Part shown: in pieces, positions 54,896 to 63,666 of the stretch
Layout of the letters: each line of letters starts with the position of its first letter
Numbering within the stretch: the stretch's first letter is position 1
NCBI GenBank assembly: GCA_965116905.1
Contig: OZ220732.1
Coordinates: 4,000,001 to 4,064,000, forward strand
Direction of reading: 5' to 3'
DNA from: Longimicrobiales bacterium
GTDB taxonomy: Bacteria > Gemmatimonadota > Gemmatimonadetes > Longimicrobiales > Gaopeijiaceae
Length of the DNA stretch: 64,000 nucleotides
The notes under the pieces: generated by a model
The model's database searches: none
The model's input: the letters and a program-made list of their open reading frames with translations, nothing else
Told to the model about the DNA's origin: nothing
Translations under genes and position numbers: made by a program

Positions 54896-56008
54896 ATGGA
54901 TACCGACGCGGCCGTCGCACTGACCCAGGACCGTCTCGCCGAGGAGGGCGACACGATGGGTGAGCTGCTCGGGCACTTCCGAAATCGAATCTCGCCGGTC
55001 CTGATCGGAGATCCGCAGTGGGAGCGCATACTCGAGCGCGCCGGAAAGCTCCCCATCACAATGGGCGCGCTGCCATTCGGTTTCGAACTGCCGCTGCATG
55101 CAAGCGAGCCCAGGGCGGACTTCGGCGTCTCCCTCGCGAGCGGAACGAGAACGGCGGCCTTTTTCCAAGCGCGCGCACGCACCGACGCGACGGATGAGAC
55201 CGCGAGGGTGATCACGCGGCTCTTCGGCCGGATGGAGACGGAAGACTCGCCCCTGCGTGGGATTGTCGGCCGCAAACTGATGCTGGAATACGATATCGGC
55301 TCGGCAGGAGACGGTGAGCGTTCACTTCCGGGAATGTTCCTCCGGCCCGGTGAACGCCCGATTCTCGGCGCCCGCGGCCAGGTGGATGATGTCCGTGCGG
55401 TCGCGGACGCGCTGTTCTCCTGCGCAGGCTGGGAGATGAGCGGCCCCGAGCGCGAGAACATCGAACGGGTCTACCTGGCACAGCCGGGAGACACGCGCAT
55501 GGATTCGTTCGGTGTGTTCCCGTCGCGCTCGCGGTTCATCCGCCTGGCGATCATGGGCTTCAGATCGCGGCACGCGACGTGGTGCTATCTCGAAGACGCC
55601 GGCTGGCCGGGTCATATCCCGGCTGTCGACTCCCTGATCGCGCGCTTCGACGAGCGCGCGAGCATTCGCAGGACCGGGGTGAACATCGATGTGCGGGAGG
55701 AGGGCGTCGGACCGACGCTCGGCCTCACGCTCATCGTCAAGCAACGTTATACGAAGGACTCGCGCTATTGGCTCGACGGCCTGACCGATTGGCAGCCGTT
55801 CCTGGAGGCCCTGGGCCATGAGGACCTTGTCGTTCCGGAGAAGCTCGGGGCGCTTGCCGGCTGGGTCTCGAAGCCGACAACGCTCTTTGGGAAGTCCGGG
55901 CGGTTCGTGCTGCTGCGTGGCATTCACCATATCAAGCTGGTCGTATCCGGAGACCGGCTTCGACAAGCCAAGGCCTACGTGTTCATGGTGCTTTCCGGGG
56001 CGGTGTAG
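54896..56008 (+). CDS. Hypothetical protein; candidate ABBA (PT-barrel) peptide prenyltransferase
   Basis: GAGGAG RBS directly after YcaO; five apparent beta-hairpins separated by helical segments. The CDS is secure; the function is inference. Confidence 0.6.
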   Translation: MDTDAAVALTQDRLAEEGDTMGELLGHFRNRISPVLIGDPQWERILERAGKLPITMGALPFGFELPLHASEPRADFGVSLASGTRTAAFFQARARTDATDETARVITRLFGRMETEDSPLRGIVGRKLMLEYDIGSAGDGERSLPGMFLRPGERPILGARGQVDDVRAVADALFSCAGWEMSGPERENIERVYLAQPGDTRMDSFGVFPSRSRFIRLAIMGFRSRHATWCYLEDAGWPGHIPAVDSLIARFDERASIRRTGVNIDVREEGVGPTLGLTLIVKQRYTKDSRYWLDGLTDWQPFLEALGHEDLVVPEKLGALAGWVSKPTTLFGKSGRFVLLRGIHHIKLVVSGDRLRQAKAYVFMVLSGAV

Positions 56009-56031
56009 CCCGCCGGCAGCCCGTGGGCGGG
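56009..56031. terminator. Small hairpin between convergent genes at the end of the RiPP operon
   Basis: CCCGCC-N11-GGCGGG; no U-tract. Confidence 0.3.
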
Positions 56032-56032
56032 A

Positions 56033-58465
56033 TTAGCGTCCCGTCCCGAAGTTCGGCGCGAGCGTCTCGATCCCCGCGGCGGCGCCCGATGCGGTTTCCT
56101 CGATCACCGCGGCGAGCGCATCGAAATCGTCCACCCCGCAGAGGCCGGCGATCGTGGCCCTGGCTCCGGTGGCCGCCGATTCGACCTCGAACCCCTCGTC
56201 CGCGACAAGCCGCAGCGCGCCGCGGAGATTCCGCCACAGCGCCGCCGCCGCCGCGAGCCGCTCGGCGGCATCCTCAGTGATCAACCCACGATCGCCCGCC
56301 GCCCGGAAAGTGTGCTCCGCGTCGCCCGCCGGACGTGCCGCCGCATCGCCGCCGGGCGCCATGCGCAGGAACAGCGCGGCGCGTTCGATGTCTCGAAGAC
56401 CTCCCCGCATCGTGGCGATCGACTCCAGGTCCGGTACGCCGGTTTCGGCGGCATGCTCTCCGGGCTTGCGCAATTCAGCCAGCAGCATCTCGCGAACCGA
56501 AGGTCCGCCCAGCGCCTCGCGCAGCCCTACGGACACCCGTTCCGCAACGTCCTCGTCGCCCGATCCCCACACGCACCGGGCCCGCGCCAGACCCACCGGA
56601 TCCCATCCCGAACCGGGGTTGCGGAGTTGTTCGGCGAATGCGTCAAGCGGCTGGATCTCGCCCGCCCCGCCACGCGTGAACGATTGGGGCGACAGCAGCA
56701 GGTTGTTGCGGGTCAGCGCGCGCAGCGCCTTCCGGAAGCGGCCGCACAGTTTCCGATAGTGCCTGGCCGGGGTTCCCTCGTACACGAACCGGATGTCGAG
56801 CGTCTCGCCCGGCATCGCTTCTCCGCTCGCCAGGGGTCCCTCCACGACGACCGCCACGCCGCCGCTGCCCTGCGGCACACCGCGATCGGCAAAGTCCTCC
56901 TCTACCGCGGACAGCACGGTGGCGATGGAGGCCTCCCCGACGCGTGACAACGCCGTCACCGCCTCGGCGATCGACAAGCTCCCGCGCATCGTGTGCACCG
57001 CGATCTGGAAGACCTTGCCGTTCGACCACTCGCGCGCCGCATCCACCGCCTCGCTGGCGTCCTGCACGTGAGTGTCGGCAAGCTGGGCCTTCATCTCGGC
57101 CACGCCGAGTTCGTGGGTCCAGTACAGGCGTGCCAGTCCGCACCGGGCAATCGCCTCGGATTCCGGGTCCGACAGGAAGCCCTCCGGGAGCTCCAGATCC
57201 GTGAACTCCCGCTCCCTGAGCATGTCGAGCAACACCGGGGCACGGTTGATCCATCCGGCAATGCGAGGAGCGGCGGCGTGAATCTCGGCGATCGCGTCGA
57301 ATGCGTCGGGGCGTGCCGCGAACGCCCGGCTGTCATAGGCGCTCCAGTCCTTGATGTCGGGATAGAACTGCGCCCGCTGAAGATCGAGCAGGGGGTCGAT
57401 GGTCTGGAACCACCGCTTGGGGAAGAGGGCCAGGCCGTTCATCTGAATGTAGCTGCCCGGCAGCTGCGGCGAGGCGGCCTCGTTGTGATGCTGAAGCAGC
57501 GGATAGCGCCGGTTCGACGTGTGGTGGTCGGCGTGGCGCTGCATGTTGTAGTACAGCCAGTTGGTGAACTTGTAGGCCGCGCTCCAGGCGTGCCGCGGCT
57601 TGACGGGCTCGAACCGGCCGGCCGGCGTGAGGACCCGTCGCAACCCGTAGTGCTGCACATAGTTGCTGATCTTCATCGAGAATACGACGTTGCCGCACAG
57701 AACCACGTAGACCAGGGCTGCCCACGGACCGCCCATCCAGAGTATGATCCCGTACCAGAAGATGAGCTGCACGGCGTAGCGCCAGAACGCGTTCGTATGG
57801 TGCCATGCCGGCAACTGGCGACGCGTCAGGCGGCGGCGTTCGAACCGCCAGGCCCCCAACAGGTTGTTCGCCACCTCCGCGGGCAGGTATCGCCAGAAGC
57901 TCAGACCCTTCGGAGAGGACCCCGGGTCCCGGGGCGTGCACACCCACGGATGATGAATGTAGACGTGCTCGGTTGCATAGTGCGGGTAGGAGACGGAAGC
58001 CAGCAGGAACTCGCCGAGGCGACGCTCCCAGAGAGCGCGGCGGTGGACCAGCTCGTGGCCGACGATGAAGACGGTCTGTCCCACCATCGTGAGAATCACG
58101 GCCACGCACCAGACTTCCCACAGCGCCAGATGATCGGAAACCAGTGCCTGCCAGAGCGCGAAGATGAACGTGGCCGGCCAGAGCACCGCCCAGAGCCAGA
58201 GCGAGAGCTTGTACAGAAACAGCTGGCTCTCGCTGGTGGTGGCCGGATCCATGTTCCGCTCCTCCAGGCCGAATATCCTGTCGAAGCGGTCCGCGAGCGC
58301 GTAGAAGACCAGCGGCACCGCGATCCACCAGCCACCGAACACCGCGGCGCACGCGACGAGCGGAAAGATCGCAAGGGGCGCGAAGTGTGGGAGCGCATTC
58401 GCAACGGAAGCCTCGACGATTCTCCGTTCCATGGCCACGGGGGGACTCGTACTGTGTGCTTCCAT
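56033..58465 (-). CDS. AlkB-type membrane di-iron monooxygenase fused to a degenerate GlnE-like adenylyltransferase domain
   Basis: AlkB boxes GHELVH, EHVYIHH, NYVQHYGL, NMQRHADHH, PQLP.SY. C-terminal ~420 aa resembles GlnE AT (P.LLDML, ALSRVGEA.I..VL..VEEDF, VAVVVEGPLA..E, LDIRFVY, ARAR, RGGLRDIE). ATG at 58465 inferred. Confidence 0.78.
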   Translation of the reverse strand: MEAHSTSPPVAMERRIVEASVANALPHFAPLAIFPLVACAAVFGGWWIAVPLVFYALADRFDRIFGLEERNMDPATTSESQLFLYKLSLWLWAVLWPATFIFALWQALVSDHLALWEVWCVAVILTMVGQTVFIVGHELVHRRALWERRLGEFLLASVSYPHYATEHVYIHHPWVCTPRDPGSSPKGLSFWRYLPAEVANNLLGAWRFERRRLTRRQLPAWHHTNAFWRYAVQLIFWYGIILWMGGPWAALVYVVLCGNVVFSMKISNYVQHYGLRRVLTPAGRFEPVKPRHAWSAAYKFTNWLYYNMQRHADHHTSNRRYPLLQHHNEAASPQLPGSYIQMNGLALFPKRWFQTIDPLLDLQRAQFYPDIKDWSAYDSRAFAARPDAFDAIAEIHAAAPRIAGWINRAPVLLDMLREREFTDLELPEGFLSDPESEAIARCGLARLYWTHELGVAEMKAQLADTHVQDASEAVDAAREWSNGKVFQIAVHTMRGSLSIAEAVTALSRVGEASIATVLSAVEEDFADRGVPQGSGGVAVVVEGPLASGEAMPGETLDIRFVYEGTPARHYRKLCGRFRKALRALTRNNLLLSPQSFTRGGAGEIQPLDAFAEQLRNPGSGWDPVGLARARCVWGSGDEDVAERVSVGLREALGGPSVREMLLAELRKPGEHAAETGVPDLESIATMRGGLRDIERAALFLRMAPGGDAAARPAGDAEHTFRAAGDRGLITEDAAERLAAAAALWRNLRGALRLVADEGFEVESAATGARATIAGLCGVDDFDALAAVIEETASGAAAGIETLAPNFGTGR

Positions 58466-58572
58466 CGTCGAAACCCTCGGCTTATTGCAATCGCTCCCCC
58501 GCACGTCCGATCCCAACGTATTCTTGCCTGCCGCGCCCCGTCGGTCAACTGTCGTCCTGCGCCCCGCGCCTC

Positions 58573-59811
58573 CTACCCCGGCATCCTCCGGAACAGCCGC
58601 AGCAGCGAAGCGAACGCCAGCGCATACATCACCGCCCCGAGCAGGAACGGCGCCCCCGCCAGCTCCATCGGCGCATCCGGCGAAGTGAAGTAGCTGAACA
58701 GGCCCGCGGTGAAGATCAGCGGCGCCAGGATGCTCGTCAGGCTCATCAGCGACGTGATGCCCCCCTGCACCTTCCCCTGGTCCTCGGGCGGCACCGAACC
58801 GGCGACCAGGCTCTGGATCGCGGGGCCCGCCACACCCCCGATGGAGCCGAAGACGATGAACGCGAACAGCATCCACCCGGCGGTCGCCAGCCCGTATCCG
58901 AGGTAGGTGATGACCGCGACGACGAGGCCGTACAGGATCGCTCGGCGTTCACCGAGCCTGCCTACAATCGGCCGCACCAGTCCCCCCTGGACGATCGCCG
59001 CCATCACCCCGACCAGCATGAGCGAGAAGCCGTTCATCTGCTCGTCCCAACCGAACTTGTGGCCGGTGTAGAGGACCCAGACCGTCTCGAGACCGCGCTG
59101 CGCAAGCACGACGAAGACGAATGCGCCGGTGAGGCCCGCCACCAGCGGATACGACCCGAGCACGTAGAGGCTGCCAACCGGATTCGCCTTCCTCCAACTG
59201 AACGCGTCCCGCTTTTCCGGCGGCAGCGACTCGGGCAGAACGAAGAAGCCGTAGAGCCAGTTCACCAGCGCGAGACCCGCCGAGACAAAGAAGGGGAGCC
59301 GCAGGTCGATCCCTCCGAGGATTCCCCCCAGGCCCGGGCCGAAGATGAAGCCAAGCCCGAACGCCACGCCGATCAGACCGAAGTTGCGCGCCCGGTCCTC
59401 CGGCTTCGACACGTCCGCGATATAGGCGTTGGCGGTGGTGATGCTCGCCCCCATCACGCCGGCGATCAGCCGGCCCACGAAGAGCCAGACCAGGGACGGC
59501 GCGAATCCCATGATGATGTAGTCCACACCGAGCCCGAACAGCGAAATCAGGATCACGGGCCTGCGCCCCACGCGGTCGGACAACGCTCCGAGCACCGGTG
59601 CGAAGATGAACTGGGTGAGCGCGTAGGTGGAGGCCAGGACGCCGAACCAGCGCCCGGCAAGGGTGGTGCTGCCCCCGGCGAAGTCCTTGATCAGTTCCGG
59701 GAGAATGGGGATGATGACCCCAATCCCCAACACGTCGATGAAGACCGTGATGAGGATGAAGATCATGGCGGCCTGACGGCCGCGTCCCGGTACCGGCAAG
59801 AGCACCTCCAC
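58573..59811 (-). CDS. TCR/Tet-family MFS transporter
   Basis: FIDVLGIG..IP.LP, motif A GALSDRVGRRPV, AYIADVS, FG.GFIFGP; 12 TM segments. Confidence 0.92.
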   Translation of the reverse strand: MEVLLPVPGRGRQAAMIFILITVFIDVLGIGVIIPILPELIKDFAGGSTTLAGRWFGVLASTYALTQFIFAPVLGALSDRVGRRPVILISLFGLGVDYIIMGFAPSLVWLFVGRLIAGVMGASITTANAYIADVSKPEDRARNFGLIGVAFGLGFIFGPGLGGILGGIDLRLPFFVSAGLALVNWLYGFFVLPESLPPEKRDAFSWRKANPVGSLYVLGSYPLVAGLTGAFVFVVLAQRGLETVWVLYTGHKFGWDEQMNGFSLMLVGVMAAIVQGGLVRPIVGRLGERRAILYGLVVAVITYLGYGLATAGWMLFAFIVFGSIGGVAGPAIQSLVAGSVPPEDQGKVQGGITSLMSLTSILAPLIFTAGLFSYFTSPDAPMELAGAPFLLGAVMYALAFASLLRLFRRMPG

Positions 59812-59908
59812 GCGATAGTTCAGGAAGGAGCATAGCGGACCCCGGCTGCCCGCGCGCCCTCCGTCTCCACCGAGTTGGCCGAATCGATCCCCCTGGACGC
59901 CCTCCCAT

Positions 59909-60628
59909 ATGGACTTCGAGACCTTCGAGAAGCAGTCGCGCCGTATCTACGAGAGCATTCCGGCGGCCTACCGGGAGGGTGTCGACGGGATGACGGTGCA
60001 TCGGGACGCACTCCCCCATCCGCGGTTTCCGGGCGTGTACACGCTTGGCGAGTGTCTGACGGAGTCCTATCCGTCGAGCTGGGACGGGCCCGACACGCTG
60101 CGGTCCCAGGTCCTCCTCCACTGGGGTTCCTTCCGGGCGCTCGCGGCCGTGGATCCGACATTCGACTGGCAGGAACAGATCTGGGAGACGCTGACGCACG
60201 AGTTGCGCCACCATCTCGAATCGCTCGCCGACAGCGAAGACCTGCTCGGAGTGGACTACGCGATGGAACAAACGTTCCAGCGCCATCAGGGACTGGACTT
60301 CGACCCTGGCTACTATCGGCACGGCGACCGCCTCGCCCCCGGCATCTACGCCGTCGAGGACGAGGTGTATATCGAGCAGTTCTGGAAACGCGGCGATTTC
60401 GAGCGCGCGCCGGAGATTCGCTTCTCGTGGGCGGGGTGCAGCTACGGCATCGGCCATCCCGGCGAACTCGGCGACGTTCACTTCGTTCGAATCGTGGACG
60501 GGATTCCGGCCCCTCCCTACCTTGAACTGGTACTGGTGCGAAGGTCCTCCTGGCTGAACCGGACCCGGGCCGCACTGAGGCGGGAAGACATCGAAGTCTT
60601 CGAGTCCGCGGCGCAGGCGAGGGAGTGA
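59909..60628 (+). CDS. Zincin-like (Zincin_1) metallopeptidase family protein
   Basis: MDFETFE...YESIP, YTLGEC, TLTHELRHH (HExxH). Confidence 0.75.
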   Translation: MDFETFEKQSRRIYESIPAAYREGVDGMTVHRDALPHPRFPGVYTLGECLTESYPSSWDGPDTLRSQVLLHWGSFRALAAVDPTFDWQEQIWETLTHELRHHLESLADSEDLLGVDYAMEQTFQRHQGLDFDPGYYRHGDRLAPGIYAVEDEVYIEQFWKRGDFERAPEIRFSWAGCSYGIGHPGELGDVHFVRIVDGIPAPPYLELVLVRRSSWLNRTRAALRREDIEVFESAAQARE

Positions 60629-60696
60629 AGAGAACCTCGGTGCCGCCTGTGGTGTAGACGACGCAGGCCCATGCACCCCAACACCCGAAAGGACCG

Positions 60697-61329
60697 ATGA
60701 TGACGCGGACACGTTCACGGCGACGCGAAGGCTTCCACTCGCACCTTCGGCTTCGTGCCCTGGCGACCGTCGCGGCCATGGCGGTCGCGGTCGTGACCAC
60801 CGGCTGCGCCTCGGGCTCATCCGGTTCGGCGAACGCCGAGAATGACCGGCCCGTGGTGCCCGGCGAACGCCGCACCATCCTCCGCGTCGGCAACTACGAG
60901 CGCCTGGAGATCTTCAACGAGCCGGGGGTGGGCGTACGGACGATCGGCGTGGCGGCCGAATTGGCGTGGCGCGCACTCGGAGGCGTCTACGGCGAGTTGG
61001 GCATCCCCGTGACGTCCTCCAACCCGAACACCATGGAGCTGGGGAATCCCGGCTACTCGGCCCGCCGGGTCGGCGGCGACCGCATGAACACGTTTGTCGA
61101 CTGCGGCAGCGGCCTTTCAGGACCGCTGGCCAACCTGTACGAAGTCACCCTGTCCGTATCCACCAGGCTCACCGCCAAGGGGCCTCAGAGCACCGAGGTG
61201 TTGACCGTGGTCGATGCCTTCGGGGAGCCTCGCGCCGTGAGCGGCAACATGATCCACTGCCAGTCGCGCGGGGTGCTCGAATTGCGGGTCGCGCAGGAGG
61301 TTGCGGAAGCGTTGGGCGTTACGCCCTGA
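60697..61329 (+). CDS. Hypothetical lipoprotein
   Basis: Lipobox-like VTTG-C; conserved-looking FVDCG and HCQSRGVLE. Confidence 0.7.
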   Translation: MMTRTRSRRREGFHSHLRLRALATVAAMAVAVVTTGCASGSSGSANAENDRPVVPGERRTILRVGNYERLEIFNEPGVGVRTIGVAAELAWRALGGVYGELGIPVTSSNPNTMELGNPGYSARRVGGDRMNTFVDCGSGLSGPLANLYEVTLSVSTRLTAKGPQSTEVLTVVDAFGEPRAVSGNMIHCQSRGVLELRVAQEVAEALGVTP

Positions 61330-61359
61330 AGGATCGCTCGGCAGGACCGTGGCGGCGCC

Positions 61360-63666
61360 TCAGCAGGACAGGCACTTGTGGTTGTTCTTCGACCCCAGTT
61401 CCTCCAGGAGCGCGACGGTCGCCGGGAAGGGCTGAAGGCGCTGGATCGGGCCGTTGGCCATGTCAGCCGTGGTCTGACCCCTGCGGCTTATCACGGTGAC
61501 GTCCGCGCCGTGCTCGACCAGGTAGAGAACCAGTTCGTTGTCGCCCCGTGAGGCGGCGTGATGCAGCGCGGTGTAGGCGTTCGCGTCGCGCGCGTTGACG
61601 TCGGCGCCACACTCCTCGACAAGGAATCTCACCGCCGCGAGCCAGTTGTCCGGTACGTGGCGGTGCGCATTGCCCGCGAAGGACTGACCGTACCCGACGC
61701 CCGACGCCGCGTGAATCGGGAACATGTGCGGCCCCCCGACGGGAACGGGCGGCACGCCCGATGAATCCTCCTCCGCGCCATTGGCGCCCGGCCGGGGTGC
61801 CTCACCTTCTTCAGCGGCTGACTCACCTTCAGCGTTGCCTGCGGTAGGCGCGGGCTCGCTTTCAGCCACCTCCGCGCCTTCGGTCACCTCCGCGCCCTCG
61901 GTCGCCTCCGAGGCCTCGCCGGCCTCCTTGTCCGCGGGTGCATCCGCCCCCTCCTTCGCCCCCTCCTTCGCCTCCCCTTCCGCCTTTTCCTCTTCCTCCT
62001 CGGAAGGGGGCGGGCGGCGGCGGCGCTGCGGAGGCTTCATGGTGGCGATGGCCGGATCCGCTCCATGCTCCTTGAGCAGCCGCATGGCGTCCACGTCGAG
62101 CGCATAGGCGGCGCGCCAGAATGGTGTCGCTCCCTGCAGGTTGATCCCGCTCCCGCGGAGAACGCCGAACGTGTATTCCATGTACCACAGGTGACTCTTG
62201 AGGCGCGGGTTCGGGTCCGCTCCGGCCTGGAGCAGAGCCTCCAGCACTTCGAGGTGGGTCGTTGCCTGCTGCTCATGCTCGGTGGGGTGGGCGTACGACG
62301 CCCGCGGCGCCCACTGCCGCTCGAGGACCGCGAACAGCGGCGTGGCGCCGGCCGTACTGGCCGCATTGGGGTCGGCACCCCGATCGATCAGCCACAGCGC
62401 CAGGTCGAACTGACCGTTCACCGCCGCCATCAGCAGGGGGGTGGTCGCGTCGCCTTCCGACGGCTGGTCGATGTCGGCTCCGCCCGCGAGCAGCGCCTCG
62501 GCAGCCGCCCGGTGTCCCTGCCGGACCGCGTGGAGCAGCGGCGTGAGCCCACCCCACGAGCCCACCATCTGGGCGTAGGACATCGGGCGCGGCTCCTCGT
62601 CGCCTTCGCCCTCCCCGTCGGCGGGGGACTCTTCGCCGGCGGCGGCGGTCGTGTCCGTGGCCATCGCGGCGGTGGCGGCGGTCGAGGCGGCACTGTCGGC
62701 CGCCTGGCCGTCGTCGCCTGCGCCCTCGCCCTCGCCCTCCTCATCGCCTTCGCCCTCCTCATCCTCTTCGCCGTCGTCCGCCGGATCGGGGACATCCGGC
62801 CACTTGCGCTGGATCTCCCGTGACGCCTCGATCGCGGCCTGCACCTGGCGCGGGGTCGGCTGCCAGTCCGTGCCACCCCCCTCCTTCTCCTTGAACGCCG
62901 CCAGGAACTCGTCGAGTCGCCGCTCCGCGGCCTGATCCGCGTCCGCGCGCTCCTCGACGTCGACCGAATGCGCCGCCAGAGACGGGTCCGCCCCGTGATC
63001 CAGCAACACGCGGATGGCATCGGCCCGGTTGTTGGCCGCGGCAAAGACCAGCGGCGTCTGACCCCACGCGGCCTCGCGCGCGTTCACGTCGGCTCCCGCC
63101 TTCACAAGGGCATCGATCACCGCCGGGTCCCCCGCGCCGGCGGCCAGGTGCAGCGCCGCGGCACCCGAATTGGTGGTGCGCGCGTCCGGGTCGCTGCCCG
63201 CGTCGAGCAGGAGCGCCACGACCTGCCCGTGCGCGGCGCGGGCCGCCAGGTGAAGCGGCGTGTAGTGGCCGATCCGCGTCCCGGCGTCGACCCTCGCCCC
63301 CGCGTACAGGAGGATCTCGGCCAGTTCGCCGTGTCCGTGTTCGGCCGCCCAGTGCAACGCGGTCATTCCGTCTCCCTGGGCGGCGTTCACGTCCGCCCCC
63401 TCGCGCAGCAGACGCCGCACGGCCGTCAGGTCGCCGCGCTGGGCGGCATCGGCCACCGGCGAGTCGAGCGTGGCGTGCGTAGCGCGCATCGTCGATTCCG
63501 CGGCCACCCACACGGCGGCGACCGACTCGGCCGTCGCCCACTCGGCCACCCGCTCGGACGCCGCGGAACTTCCGGGCGCCAGGATCGGAACTGCCAGGCA
63601 AGCCGCAAATCGACACAGGCGACCGGCCCGTCTCAACCCGCCGATCACACCACCGGCCCGCCTCAT
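61360..63666 (-). CDS. Exported ankyrin-repeat protein with acidic insertions
   Basis: Repeats GADVNA..DG.TALH.AA, GQTPL..AA, TPLL.A; signal peptide; C-terminal KCLSC; ATGA overlap with the upstream gene. Confidence 0.9.
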   Translation of the reverse strand: MRRAGGVIGGLRRAGRLCRFAACLAVPILAPGSSAASERVAEWATAESVAAVWVAAESTMRATHATLDSPVADAAQRGDLTAVRRLLREGADVNAAQGDGMTALHWAAEHGHGELAEILLYAGARVDAGTRIGHYTPLHLAARAAHGQVVALLLDAGSDPDARTTNSGAAALHLAAGAGDPAVIDALVKAGADVNAREAAWGQTPLVFAAANNRADAIRVLLDHGADPSLAAHSVDVEERADADQAAERRLDEFLAAFKEKEGGGTDWQPTPRQVQAAIEASREIQRKWPDVPDPADDGEEDEEGEGDEEGEGEGAGDDGQAADSAASTAATAAMATDTTAAAGEESPADGEGEGDEEPRPMSYAQMVGSWGGLTPLLHAVRQGHRAAAEALLAGGADIDQPSEGDATTPLLMAAVNGQFDLALWLIDRGADPNAASTAGATPLFAVLERQWAPRASYAHPTEHEQQATTHLEVLEALLQAGADPNPRLKSHLWYMEYTFGVLRGSGINLQGATPFWRAAYALDVDAMRLLKEHGADPAIATMKPPQRRRRPPPSEEEEEKAEGEAKEGAKEGADAPADKEAGEASEATEGAEVTEGAEVAESEPAPTAGNAEGESAAEEGEAPRPGANGAEEDSSGVPPVPVGGPHMFPIHAASGVGYGQSFAGNAHRHVPDNWLAAVRFLVEECGADVNARDANAYTALHHAASRGDNELVLYLVEHGADVTVISRRGQTTADMANGPIQRLQPFPATVALLEELGSKNNHKCLSC

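Noticed and set aside
40165..58570. The RiPP cluster as a recently acquired mobile island
   Set aside because: Parts (about 40.2-40.6 kb and 45.2-46.5 kb) look more AT-rich by eye, but I found no flanking direct repeats, integrase or transposase. A computed GC/codon profile and synteny would be needed.
58573..59811. Tetracycline resistance gene or BGC self-resistance pump
   Set aside because: Family-level similarity only, no TetR partner, and nothing in the sequence ties it to the cluster.
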